Assembly: GCA_958407545.1 (NCBI GenBank)
Contig: CATYJA010000002.1
Location: 277 to 64,276, forward strand
Reading direction: 5' to 3'
Length of the DNA: 64,000 bases
DNA from: an uncultured Collinsella sp.
Lineage (GTDB): Bacteria > Actinomycetota > Coriobacteriia > Coriobacteriales > Coriobacteriaceae
The notes beneath the pieces were generated by a model. It was not told where the DNA came from and searched no databases. It saw nothing but the letters and a program-made list of their open reading frames with translations. The position numbers and the translations under genes were made by a program. Shown one piece after another: positions 1 to 10,358 of the stretch. How positions within the stretch are numbered: position 1 is the stretch's first letter; every line of letters begins with the position of its first letter.

Positions 1-149
1 CAGCCGTGCAAACTAAATATCCAAGCTTGAGATGTAACTTCGCGATGGTTAGTCCGGATGCTGTAAACTTTATTCATTACTAGACAGTGCGTTGGACTGT
101 AAGGGCCGCATTTTCTTCGAGCGTCGCTAAGGGCCAACTATTATTTGGA

Positions 150-896
150 ATGGATGAAACTCGATTGTCATTTGCTTTAACAAAAGATTCAAAAGGATAT
201 CCGCGTGTTCTGGTAATTATTCCCGCTTATAACGAGCAGGAATGCATTCTCAATACCGTTGCTTCTATTAAGGCTGCTGGATATGACTATGTCGTAATTA
301 ACGACGGCTCACAGGATGGGACACTTAGGCTTTGTCGAGAGCATGATGTCAACATATTGGATCTCCCACAGAACCTTGGTATCGGTGGGGCGGTCCAGGC
401 GGGGCATAAGTATGCTCAGAGATTTGGCTATGATATTGACATTCAGGTTGACGGCGATGGCCAACATGATCCTTCTTATATACCTGAGCTTGTTAAGCTG
501 ATTGAGGGTGGGGCGAGTCTGGCGATAGGCTCTCGATTCTTGGTCGAGACCGACGGTTTCCAATCAACCTTTATGCGTCGTGTTGGAATCAGGTGGCTCT
601 CTTTTTTGCTTAAGTTGCTTACAGGTAAGGCGGTCACCGATCCCACTTCTGGCTTTAGAGCCTGCAATAAAGACGCCATCGACTTATTCTGCAAGAGCTA
701 TCCTGATGATTATCCGGAGCCGGAATCGATAGCTTTGGCTATGAAGCTTGGTCTCCCCGTTATGGAGGCACCTGTAAAGATGAATGAGCGCCAGGGCGGG
801 CGTTCATCCATTGGGGTTCTCTCTTCCGTCTACTACATGATTAAAGTTACGCTTGCTATTGTCCTTGTGTGTTGGATCCATAGGGGAGACCAATAA
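150..896 (+). CDS. GT2 glycosyltransferase, DPM1/GacI-like polyprenyl-phosphate sugar synthase
   Basis: IIPAYNE, VINDGSQD, NLGIGGAVQAG, QVDGDGQH and TDPTSGFRA motifs. ATG at 150 preferred over the upstream GTG at 87. Confidence 0.88.
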   Translation: MDETRLSFALTKDSKGYPRVLVIIPAYNEQECILNTVASIKAAGYDYVVINDGSQDGTLRLCREHDVNILDLPQNLGIGGAVQAGHKYAQRFGYDIDIQVDGDGQHDPSYIPELVKLIEGGASLAIGSRFLVETDGFQSTFMRRVGIRWLSFLLKLLTGKAVTDPTSGFRACNKDAIDLFCKSYPDDYPEPESIALAMKLGLPVMEAPVKMNERQGGRSSIGVLSSVYYMIKVTLAIVLVCWIHRGDQ

Positions 897-1252
897 TGAA
901 TTTTTTTCTAAGGATTGGGGCAGCCATCTTTTTTGGTGGGTTCCTCGTTTATGTTCTTCGACTCGTATCCAAAGGAAAGATGCTTCTTAAGTATTCTTTG
1001 CTTTGGATTTTAATGTGCATGGCGGCCTTGCTTTGTGATTTATTCCCTCAGCTTATTTTTTATTGCTCCACGGCTATTGGGTTTGTTAACCCGGCCAATT
1101 TCCTCTTCCTGGGTGCAATTGTGCTGTTGCTTGCAATCTCTCTATCCCTTAGCGTTGCGGTGAGCCGTCATGTTTTGGCAATCAAAAGCCTTACACAAAG
1201 GATTGCCTTGCTCGAAAAAGAGCTTGAGAATCGGTTGGATTATTATGACTGA
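896..1252 (+). CDS. Small membrane protein, DUF2304/GacJ-like
   Basis: 118 aa with three hydrophobic segments, LKYSLLW, G...PANFLF and a C-terminal LTQRIALLE coiled coil. Start overlaps the GT2 stop (TAATG). Confidence 0.8.
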   Translation: MNFFLRIGAAIFFGGFLVYVLRLVSKGKMLLKYSLLWILMCMAALLCDLFPQLIFYCSTAIGFVNPANFLFLGAIVLLLAISLSLSVAVSRHVLAIKSLTQRIALLEKELENRLDYYD

Positions 1253-2172
1253 GCTTGATACAATTATTTGATTTAGTTTACTTTTAGTTCTTCAATGTTG
1301 CTAGTTGAGGAAAGTGGAAATCTGCCTTATACAAACGTTGCTTATACCCTTTGCTGAGGTCTGGATCGGTACCAAATCCGATGATTCTCATCGCGGGTTG
1401 CCATTTGCTTGTCAATGGAGGCGATATCCCTGCTCCGGCTGCAATGTTGTTTCAGCTGTTATGTCGTGGTCGAATAGTTTTGTATTAATAATGTAGAACA
1501 GATAATAGAATCAGCCGGAGGACTCCATTACAAAAGAGCGTAATTCCATTATCGAGCCATTTGGGTTAATTTCGATGTGGTGTGTAGTTACGCATCATTT
1601 TGTAATGCATAATGCAGATGATGTATCGGTTTTTGCTAGCCCTTTAACCCGTTAAATTTATTAGGACGATATCACTGGCCTGATGGCTGAACTACTACCA
1701 CACTACCGCTACGCCCCAGTGGGGCTGGGTTTTAAATACGCCTTTGGAATGATATTGCTTTGGCTATCTTGCGGAAAACAATCTCGAAGAAGAGTGGGCT
1801 CCTTGACGTAGGTCGCGTCGAGCCAGACGTAGGGCACTGGCGAGCCCTCGAGCGGCCTTCCGTACAGATCCTCGATGCCTGGTCCAGGCTCGAGGCGATG
1901 GCGCTCACCTGGTCCTTCGAGAGCCTGGAGACGCCTATCTTCTCGGCTACCCTCTGCACCTTGCGGGTGCTCGTGCCGGTGGCGTACATCTCGGCGACGG
2001 CGGCAACGAGGGCGCGGTCCACGCGCCGGTGGCGCTGTTAGCGCCGGGCGATTTTAGCCGCTAATAGTCAAACTATTTTGACCAATCCCGGTCACCGAAT
2101 AATGGCCACCGTGCCTCCCCGCCGCCACTACGCTGGTGGTGCCAACACGCCGGCGTTAGGAGGACCATTGAG

Positions 2173-3480
2173 GTGAACGAGAGACACGATGACCTACAGG
2201 AGATTATAGACGCGGCGCTCCGGTAGATGGCCGCGGAGGAGGGCGACGGGTTCGACCCGCAGGCATGCAACCTCGCGGAGTTCTGCAGGAGGACGGGGCT
2301 CACCCGCTCCCGCGCGAGGACGGTCAGGGCACACGGGTTCAGGGCCCTGCCCCACGGGAACAGCGGGAGGAGGGCCGCGCCGGGCGTGCTCGCCGGCCAC
2401 ACCGGCCTGGTGGACGACCTCCTGCGGAAGGGCGTCACCAACTCGCAGGTGATATTCGAGCGGCTGCTCGGCCAGGGATACGCCGGCGGCCTCACCACGG
2501 TGAAGACCTATATCGCCGCGCACCGGGACCTCGTGCCCGCGAAGAGGCGGCAGGCGGCCCCGCAGGGCTGCCGCGGCCAGCGCTTCAGGACGGCGCCCGG
2601 AGAGGCCTACCAGATGGACTGGGGCTTCGTCGCGGTCGAGCGCCCTGGCGGGGAGCGGGCGCGGATCGCCTGCTTCGCCATGGTCTGCCACCATTGCGGG
2701 GGCGCCCACGTCGAGTTCTTCCCGAACGCGCGCCAGGAGAACCTCCTCATCGGGATGCTGCACGCGTTCTCGGCGCTGGGCGTGCCCGCGGCCGTGCTCA
2801 CCGACAACATGAAGAGCGTGGTCGTCCGCCGCGATGCCGACGGCCGGCCCGTCTGGCAGGCCGACTACGCCGAGTTCATGGGCGTCGTCGGCTTCCGCAC
2901 CAGGTTGTGCAGGCCGCGCCACCCCTATACGAAGGGCAAGGTGGAGAGGCTCGTCCGCTTCGTGAAGGGGAACTTCCTCGCGGGAAGGTCCTTTACCGAC
3001 CTTGACGCCCTCAACCGGGAGGCCGCCCTCTGGTGCGCCGAGCAGGGAGGCCGCTGGCGGCGCGCGGCGGCATGCGTCCCGATGCGCGAGCACGAGGCGG
3101 CGTGCTCGGCGAACACCAGGCCGCTCGAGGTCACGGCCGAGGTCGAGCGGTACCTGTGCCCGCGCCGGAAGATCTCCTTCGACGGCTTCGTGAGCTTCGA
3201 GGGGCACCGCTACGGCGTGCCCTACTGGTACGTCCGCCGCGAGTGCAGGGTGAACCGGGAGGGGCGCGTGGTGCACATATACAGCGACGACCTCTCCCGC
3301 GAGCTCGTCGCCCACGCCGTCGGCACCGGCGCCGTCGGCTGGTGCGAGGGGCAGTGGGAGACATCGCCGGCGCAGCCCGAGGAGCTGCCGACCCAGCCGG
3401 TGGGGACCGTGGTCGAGCAAATCGCCCCGCCCAGGACGAAACCCGGTTTCGAGAGGTTCGACTTCGGGAGGGCCGAATGA
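2173..3480 (+). CDS. istA: IS21 transposase IstA, with an in-frame TAG at 2224-2226; the open ORF is 2227-3480
   Basis: PGEAYQMDWG, LTDNMKS and KGKVER DDE motifs. SD AGGAGG at 2158-2163 precedes GTG 2173, which is in frame with ATG 2227 across a single TAG. Confidence 0.85.
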
Positions 3481-4304
3481 TGGCGGGCGCGGGGGCGAGC
3501 CCCTACGAGCTCGCGAGCGACGCCGCGTCGAGGCTCGGGATCGCCGTCGGGGCGGAGGAGCTCGCGACCCTCGCCTCGGACCTCGACCTCGGCGACGGGG
3601 AGATGGCCGCCGTGGCAGCCACCTTCTCCTACCTTGCGGAGAAGAGGAGGCTCGCCTCCATCGAGACGCTGCTGAGGCTGAGCAGGCTGCCCAGGCGCGA
3701 GCCCAAGACCTTCGAGGGCTTCGACTTCTCCAGGATCCAGGGCCGGGACGCGGCCGCGCTGGGCAAGCTCCCGTCGCTGGCCGACCTCTACGCGCACCGC
3801 AACGTCGCCTTCGTCGGGCCCGGCGGCATAGGGAAGACGCACCTCGCGCAGGCCTACGGGCGCGAGTGCTGCATGCGGGGGCTCAAGACCTACTACATAA
3901 AGGCGACCGAGCTCAGGGACAGGTTCCAGAAGGCCGTCCAGCGGGGAAACACCTCGCGGGTCGTCTCCTCGCTCGTCAAGCCGTCGTGCCTCATCGTTGA
4001 CGAGGCGGGGAGATGCGTCTACGACAGGCCGTGCACCGACCTGTTCTTCGATGTCGTCGACAGGCGCTACGAGAAGGAGGGGCCGAACGCGATGGTCCTC
4101 ACGAGCAACATCGCCCCGAGCGGGTGGGATGGGTTCTTCACGGGCGACGACACGCTCCTCTGCGCCCTCGACAGGCTGTTCGACAAGGCGTCGGTGTTCG
4201 TGATGCGGGGCCCGAGCTACCGCGGCAGGGAGCTTGACACCTACTCGGTGGAGGCCGTCCCCCAGGCGGTGAAGGTGAGGGGGATCCAGCCCGAGGGGAT
4301 GTAG
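3477..4304 (+). CDS. istB: IS21 helper AAA+ ATPase IstB
   Basis: KTFEGFDF, Walker A GPGGIGKT, Walker B LIVDE, LTSN, LDRL and GPSYR motifs. ATGA overlap with the istA stop. Confidence 0.92.
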   Translation: MMAGAGASPYELASDAASRLGIAVGAEELATLASDLDLGDGEMAAVAATFSYLAEKRRLASIETLLRLSRLPRREPKTFEGFDFSRIQGRDAAALGKLPSLADLYAHRNVAFVGPGGIGKTHLAQAYGRECCMRGLKTYYIKATELRDRFQKAVQRGNTSRVVSSLVKPSCLIVDEAGRCVYDRPCTDLFFDVVDRRYEKEGPNAMVLTSNIAPSGWDGFFTGDDTLLCALDRLFDKASVFVMRGPSYRGRELDTYSVEAVPQAVKVRGIQPEGM

Positions 4305-4909
4305 GAATGCGATAGGAAAGTCATAGATGCGGGCGTGTTGGCTAAAATGGGTCGGCCGGGATTGGTCAATCTCGGCCGACTATATTTGGCTAAATTATTC
4401 CGGCGCTAACAGCGCTCGATCACGTCGTCCGGGAAGAAGCTGCCGGAGCGGAGCTTCGGGATGCGCAGCGTCAGCGTGCCGGCGCAGGTGCGAGCGACCT
4501 CTCGCGGTAGCCGTTTCGGCTGTTCGCCCCGCCACCGCTCAGCTGGTCGGCCTCGGCGTCCATCGCGGCGTTCACGACCTGTTTGGCGAGTCTGGGGAGC
4601 AGCTCCCGCATGTCGATGGCGCCGTCGCTGAAACGGGGCATGGCGAGTATGTCCGGCGCCGGGTCTGACAAGATTTACATAGCGATCTTCGTCTTTTCCC
4701 GGAACCTGTTGTTGTGGTGATTTCTGGTTCCGGGACGAAGGCCGTTTTTCGTTAAACGGGCACTAAGGGGTCACCCTTGCACCAACATTTTCGGCGCGAT
4801 CCATGAGATTGAATTCCGCCATTCTTTTTGGATGCCAATGTGCTTGCTAGTATACTGATACCAGTATTTTTAATTGCGTTCTATTAGTTTCTCGATTATA
4901 AGGATTTTT

Positions 4910-6448
4910 ATGACAAGTTCCATAAGATGTAAGCCTTTATTTGTTTTGTTTGCCGTTTTTTTCGCATTCTATTCAGTCTATTGGTATCTAAATAATCCGA
5001 GATTACTTGTACTGCTTACAATTACCATCTCGTTGATTCTAATTCTTGGCCTTTGCGCTGCATATGCTAAGGTGTACCATCGTCTTAAAAGTGAATGGGT
5101 ATTCTTGGCGCTGCTTATAGCATTTCTAATTATTTTTATCTTTATCTTTCCTCCGTTTACGGTTCCGGATGAAGGCCATCATTTTTTTTCAACTTATTGG
5201 ATGGTTGATAGTCTTCCATTCAATGCGCATGTGACAAATGATGGTGGTTTTCTAGTACGGGATATCGATCTTTCCCTTTATAAGGGTCGCCAGAGTAACG
5301 CCATTGACTCCTCTTCATTTGATTCGATTATTCAGAATTATGCTCTGTTTGAGAATGGGAAGTGGACTCCATTCAATGAGTTCTCATTTAGCGTCAGTAG
5401 TGAGAACGTTTCTGCAAAAATAGGATCTATCGTTGGGCTGCAAATCGGTCTGTTTTTCGGACTTGGTGCCTATCCTGTGTTCTATATGGGGCGCATTGGT
5501 TCGGCTCTGGTTTTTTGCTTTTGTGCGTTCCAGGCATACAGGATTGCACCTAAGGGCAAATCGGTTATTGTTTTTGTTTCGCTTCTGCCTATGACGCTTC
5601 ACTTGGCTGCTTCATACTCTTATGATTCAGGAATTATTGCGTACTCGCTTTTAGTATTCGCTTGTCTAATGCGCGGTTTTTTTGGAGAGCAGAAATCAAT
5701 AGGTTGTAAAGAAATCGTCATTTATTTAATTATTTCGGCGTTTTTGGCTCCGTGTAAGGTTGTTTATTCTGGGATGATATTACTTGGTTTGCTTGTGCCC
5801 CTTTCGCAGTTCCAAGATGTGAAAGTCGGACGTATCGGTAAGTGCATACTGATCTTTGCTGTTATAGCCTCCGTTCTAGTGCTGCGCATAGCATCAATGA
5901 GTACATTGGTGTCTCAGTCTTCAGATGCCTCTCGTGGCCAAGAGATCGGGCGGTTTTATACGCTCAGTGACATCATCATGCATCCAAAGAATAGCTTCGA
6001 GGTCTTTTTTAGGACATTAGATTCCCTAGGAGATTTCTATTGGGGATCCACCTTAGGTTATTCGCTTGGATGGCTCCAGAAAAACTTGCAGTTTCCAGCC
6101 TTTTTTATGATTCCTTATTTGTTGTTTGGGTTTATTTGTTGTTTGGATTCCGAAGATGAGCCCTCTTTTCTCAGCCCCATTTGTTCCATTCTGTTTATTA
6201 TCGCTTTTGCTTTGGCTGCCCTTGGTTCCATTGTATCTATGTGGTTGGGCTGGACGTTCAATTACGAGAATGTAATACAGGGTGTTCAAGGACGATATTT
6301 TCTTCCTGTTCTACCAGCTTTGTTGTTTGGGTCGAGAACGCGCTTGTTTAAATTCAACTCATCTTCGCTTTCTGTCGTCTCTTTTGGCATGTGCGTGATG
6401 AATTGTTTATATCTTATTCGTTTTATTAGTATTGCATCCTGTGTGTAG
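4910..6448 (+). CDS. Polytopic membrane protein, DUF2142/GacL-like GT-C fold glycosyltransferase
   Basis: PPFTVPDEGHH early-loop motif, SYSYD, K-x-x-Y and GVQGRYFLP motifs, many TM segments, AT-rich. TATACT -10 at 4851-4856. Confidence 0.75.
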   Translation: MTSSIRCKPLFVLFAVFFAFYSVYWYLNNPRLLVLLTITISLILILGLCAAYAKVYHRLKSEWVFLALLIAFLIIFIFIFPPFTVPDEGHHFFSTYWMVDSLPFNAHVTNDGGFLVRDIDLSLYKGRQSNAIDSSSFDSIIQNYALFENGKWTPFNEFSFSVSSENVSAKIGSIVGLQIGLFFGLGAYPVFYMGRIGSALVFCFCAFQAYRIAPKGKSVIVFVSLLPMTLHLAASYSYDSGIIAYSLLVFACLMRGFFGEQKSIGCKEIVIYLIISAFLAPCKVVYSGMILLGLLVPLSQFQDVKVGRIGKCILIFAVIASVLVLRIASMSTLVSQSSDASRGQEIGRFYTLSDIIMHPKNSFEVFFRTLDSLGDFYWGSTLGYSLGWLQKNLQFPAFFMIPYLLFGFICCLDSEDEPSFLSPICSILFIIAFALAALGSIVSMWLGWTFNYENVIQGVQGRYFLPVLPALLFGSRTRLFKFNSSSLSVVSFGMCVMNCLYLIRFISIASCV

Positions 6449-6735
6449 GCCTTTGCGTAATGCTCTCGGGTTTTTTCTGCTATCTAACAGTTTAGATAGC
6501 AGGCGATGATTCGGACGCCGCAGGGTCCCCGAAAGCTATGCTTTTCCAAGCCAAGCAGAGACTTTGACCGAGCGCTGGGTTGGCATGCGAGAGGCCAACA
6601 TGAGGCCGTGCCGCGGGGCGGACCGCAGGTAGCAAAACGGCACCGGAGCCCATGTCGGGCCCGGTGCCCAAGCGCGATATCGACGGCGCAGTTTCGCGAT
6701 ATTCAACAGCGCCCAAATGAGTAAATACTCATTAT

Positions 6736-9207
6736 CTATAAATGATAATAACGATTCGCGGGTTCCCCGACGGTGAAGTTTGGATTCATATAAGGATCGC
6801 CTTTGACGTAATACTTAGCCCATCGATAATTCATGTACGCGACCTCTTTGTGGAAGCGAATCTGCTTCTCCGTATTGTTTTCAACGCCTCTAGAAATCGA
6901 CTCGTAGTGATAGAGCTCGACTTCGGGTGTGTATACAATTAGGTCGTTGATCTCGCGTAGCTTTAAGCAAAAGTCAACGTCATTAAATGCAACTTGAAGC
7001 TCTTCCGTGAAACCTCCGACTTTCTCATATTCATCACGCTTGGTCATTATGCAAGCTGCGGTGACGGCGCTGAAGTCTTGTTGTGCATCGTTGAGTGCAA
7101 AGTAGCCCCAGTTATCCCTTGGCATGCTTTGGCAAAGATGTCCTGCCACGCCACCAGTGACGCATAAGCCCGCGTGCTGGATGGTGTTGTCGGGATAGTA
7201 GAGTTTTGCACCAACTGCGCCAACATCCTCACGTGCGCAGATGCCAAGCATAGTCTCAATCCAATTGGGCGTAATTACCTCAGTATCGTTATTCAACAGC
7301 AAGAGATAGTCGCCCTTGGCGTGAGCAACGCCAAAGTTCATGAGCTTGGAGAAATTGAATTCGTGCTTCCAAGTTACAAGACGAACGATGTCAGGATATT
7401 TTGCTTGCAACTTATCGTAATAATCGAACGTCTCCTTTTCTGTGCTGTTGTTTTCGATTATGACAAGCTCGAAATTGTCGTACGTTGATTTCTCAACAAT
7501 TGACTTAATGCAGTTGTCCAGAATGTTGGCGTGGTCTTTAGTTGGAATGATAATTGACACGAGTGGATGGGAATCTGGCACAGCGTAGGTTACTTTATAT
7601 GTAAAGGGACGACGCGCTTGTTCGACCTTCGCATTGAGCCCAAGCCTGTCCAAATGACTCTGGACCGCTTTGATACCTGCGATAGTGGCATACGGCTTGC
7701 TATCGGCATTTGCTGCGGTGGAGGTCTCGCTTAGGCGCCAGTGATATAGAACCTTTGCAACATGATGAACTTTCCTTGCCTTTTCCACGGCGTGGAGAGT
7801 CAGATTATGATCCTGTGCTCCATCGAACTCTTTCGTGTTCGGTTCTAGAGTGTCAAGCAGAGACTTACGGATGGTAAGCATATGGCAGATATAGTTATTG
7901 TTTCTGAGCAGATCGATATTGAAATCCGGCTTAAAGAACGGCTGCGCTAGCATTCCATCGGGCATGAGTTTATCTTCATCACAATAAAGAAGATCGACGT
8001 CATCATTGTTTTCAATTGCCTCGGCATATGAGAACAACAAGTCCGGTTCAAGAATATCGTCATGGTCAAAGAAGCTAACGAAATCACCCGAAGCGATGGC
8101 AACGCCGGCGTTTGTGTTTTCGGAAATGCCCTTATTCTCGGTAAGGTTAATTGATTTAATTCTGTTGTCGTGGGCCGTCTCCTGCTCAACGCGAGCCTTT
8201 AGTTCCTGATTGTCAGGACTTGCATTAACTAGGATGAGCTCCCAGTTTGCATAAGACTGGTTTTTTACGGATTCGGCCATATCGTTAAAGAACGAAATGG
8301 GTGTGTTGTATAGAGGGACAATAATGCTGAACTTCGGAGCGCTGTTGAAGACGATTTTTCTCTGCTTCTCCAGAGCGCCGATAGTTGCCTTATGATCCGT
8401 GAACCATTCGGGGTATTCAGGGTCAAACTGCGCATGGGTAAAGAGAAAGTTGGTCTCCTCAAGAAGCAAGCCTAGCTTATCGGGTGTTAAGCAGTCGAAT
8501 GCACTGAATGATGGGTGATTTTGATCGTCAATAATAAAGTAGTAACGATCGAACGCCTTTGGCATTCGAATTGAGAGCTGCGTTTCAAGCTGCTTTTTCT
8601 CAGACGTAAATCCAAGGCTTGTTACATTCGAGCCGAAATTGACGATGCTCAAATTAACTTCATTAAGGGTTCGATCGAAACAACGAAGTTTGATTTGCGA
8701 GTCGCTACGATAAGGAGTTCTCACCGTGCACCTAAGGATATAGTCGCTTGAATCTTCGATGCACTGCCAGAAATCAATCGTTGCCATGTCAAACTCTGAA
8801 ACGTCATCGTAGTTTCGGAGTTTGCTGCACATGTCAGGTTTAATTTTGTAGTTAAGGCGCGACTCCCATTTGATGTTCTTGCAATTGAGCGAAAGGGAGT
8901 CGCTGCTCAGGGTGCGACCGTCTTGGCCGATTTCGCTAAACTCAATTTTGATGGTGCGAGCATCGGGATCGGGGACTACAAGGACGTATGAGTTCGAGTC
9001 ACAACTATTGTCCCGGAATTTTAGGAGGGATAAAGGTGAGCGGCGGTTATCGTCTGTAGCCGCCTGGGCTGTTACGCTGGAGCCTTTATGGATGCCTTCA
9101 ATCTTAAGCTGCTGGTAGATTTTCCAGTTTCCTCTGCATACTCCGGTTGTTTCGACTCGCATTGTTTGCCTTTCGTTTGTTGGACACTGCTCATTGTACT
9201 TTTTCAT
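6736..9207 (-). CDS. Large glycosyltransferase with two GT2 domains and an N-terminal extension (rhamnan-type synthesis)
   Basis: First domain FSIIVPLYNT...FFDHDD...GAQDH; second domain VSIIIPTKD...LLNNDTEV...AVTAAC...FNDVDFCL...HYESISRG. Confidence 0.9.
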   Translation of the reverse strand: MKKYNEQCPTNERQTMRVETTGVCRGNWKIYQQLKIEGIHKGSSVTAQAATDDNRRSPLSLLKFRDNSCDSNSYVLVVPDPDARTIKIEFSEIGQDGRTLSSDSLSLNCKNIKWESRLNYKIKPDMCSKLRNYDDVSEFDMATIDFWQCIEDSSDYILRCTVRTPYRSDSQIKLRCFDRTLNEVNLSIVNFGSNVTSLGFTSEKKQLETQLSIRMPKAFDRYYFIIDDQNHPSFSAFDCLTPDKLGLLLEETNFLFTHAQFDPEYPEWFTDHKATIGALEKQRKIVFNSAPKFSIIVPLYNTPISFFNDMAESVKNQSYANWELILVNASPDNQELKARVEQETAHDNRIKSINLTENKGISENTNAGVAIASGDFVSFFDHDDILEPDLLFSYAEAIENNDDVDLLYCDEDKLMPDGMLAQPFFKPDFNIDLLRNNNYICHMLTIRKSLLDTLEPNTKEFDGAQDHNLTLHAVEKARKVHHVAKVLYHWRLSETSTAANADSKPYATIAGIKAVQSHLDRLGLNAKVEQARRPFTYKVTYAVPDSHPLVSIIIPTKDHANILDNCIKSIVEKSTYDNFELVIIENNSTEKETFDYYDKLQAKYPDIVRLVTWKHEFNFSKLMNFGVAHAKGDYLLLLNNDTEVITPNWIETMLGICAREDVGAVGAKLYYPDNTIQHAGLCVTGGVAGHLCQSMPRDNWGYFALNDAQQDFSAVTAACIMTKRDEYEKVGGFTEELQVAFNDVDFCLKLREINDLIVYTPEVELYHYESISRGVENNTEKQIRFHKEVAYMNYRWAKYYVKGDPYMNPNFTVGEPANRYYHL

Positions 9208-9363
9208 TTGTTGCCTCGCTAGAAATGCAGAAAGAGTTGCGTGTTTCTGCTGTCCGATTTAAATAAGAAGACGGGGAGGTTGCTGCCGGTGCGTATAATT
9301 TAATTAACTATGCATCTGTAATCAGCGGCTTTTGCTCAACGATTGTCAATCGAGAGGATTTTT

Positions 9364-10263
9364 ATGAAAGGCATCATCCTCGCCGGCGGGTCCGGCACCC
9401 GCCTATACCCGCTCACGCTCGTGACCTCCAAGCAGCTGCTGCCGGTCTACGACAAGCCCATGATCTATTACCCGCTGTCCACCCTCATGCTGGCGGGCAT
9501 CCGGGACATCCTGGTCATCTCCACGCCGACCGACCTGCCCAACTTCGAGCGCCTGCTCGGTGACGGCTCGCGCTACGGCGTCAACCTCTCCTACGCCGAG
9601 CAGCCGAGCCCCGACGGCCTGGCCCAGGCCTTCACCATCGGCGAGGAGTTCATCGCCGGCGAGCCTTGCGCGCTGGTGCTCGGCGACAACATCTTCTACG
9701 GCAACGGCCTCAGCCGCCACCTGAAGAAGGCCGTCGAGAACGCGCAGTCGGGCCGCGCCACGGTCTTCGGCTACCACGTGGACGACCCCGAGCGCTTCGG
9801 CGTCGTGGAGTTCGACGGCGAGGGCAGGGCCGTCTCCATCGAGGAGAAGCCCGAGCGCCCCAAGAGCTTCTACGCCGTCACCGGCCTGTACTTCTACCCG
9901 GGCGACGTCGCCGCCAAGGCGCATGAGGTTAAGCCGTCGGCCCGCGGCGAGCTGGAGATCACCACGCTCAACCAGATGTACCTGGAGGAGGGGACGCTGT
10001 CCGTGGTCACCCTCGGCCGCGGCTACGCGTGGCTGGACACCGGCACCATGGAGAGCCTGCACGAGGCCGCGGAGTTCGTCCGCGCCGTGGAGCACTCCCA
10101 GGACCTGCCGGTCTCGGTCCCCGAGGAGATTGCCTGGGAGAACGGCTGGATCACGACCGCCGAGCTGGAGGAGGCCGCCAAGGCCTACGGCAAGTCGGTC
10201 TACGGGCAGCACCTGAAGAAGGTCGCCGCCGGCGAGATCGTCAATAGCCCACGCGAGTACTAG
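9364..10263 (+). CDS. rfbA: Glucose-1-phosphate thymidylyltransferase
   Basis: [35 protein letters not shown] and AWLDTGT. Confidence 0.97.
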   Translation: MKGIILAGGSGTRLYPLTLVTSKQLLPVYDKPMIYYPLSTLMLAGIRDILVISTPTDLPNFERLLGDGSRYGVNLSYAEQPSPDGLAQAFTIGEEFIAGEPCALVLGDNIFYGNGLSRHLKKAVENAQSGRATVFGYHVDDPERFGVVEFDGEGRAVSIEEKPERPKSFYAVTGLYFYPGDVAAKAHEVKPSARGELEITTLNQMYLEEGTLSVVTLGRGYAWLDTGTMESLHEAAEFVRAVEHSQDLPVSVPEEIAWENGWITTAELEEAAKAYGKSVYGQHLKKVAAGEIVNSPREY

Positions 10264-10282
10264 CGCAAGCTTGTTTTCTTTT

Positions 10283-10312
10283 AGGGGTCACCGTTTATCT
10301 GGTGGCCCCTTT
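10283..10312 (+). terminator. Hairpin after rfbA
   Basis: AGGGGTCACC-N8-GGTGGCCCCT followed by TT. Confidence 0.55.
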
Positions 10313-10358
10313 CGTTATGATTACGTTGACCATAAAGACAATGTGATTGGGAGTGGAT

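Larger units (their letters stand above)
2036..4411 (+). mobile_element. IS21-family insertion sequence (2376 bp)
   Basis: Terminal inverted repeats TGTTAGCGCCGG / CCGGCGCTAACA, subterminal inverted TTGACCAATCCCGG repeats, GCGC duplicated on both flanks (2032-2035, 4412-4415), istA-istB inside. Confidence 0.93.
1801..4802 (-). pseudogene. IS256-family transposase remnant, frameshifted, truncated and interrupted by an IS21 element
   Basis: Minus-strand pieces read RNGYRERSL / TCAGTLTLRIPKLRSGSFFPDDVIER [IS21] HRRVDRALVAAVAEMYATGTSTRKV / PYVWLDATYVK and then break into AT-rich DNA at about 1801. Frameshifts lie near 4490 and 1875. Probable outer end GGATCGCGCCGAAAATGTTGGTGCAA at 4802. Confidence 0.85.

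Noticed and set aside
1691..1730. ACTACTACCACACTACCGCTACGCCCC low-complexity stretch as another IS end
   Set aside because: No matching partner end or adjacent transposase fragment could be identified.
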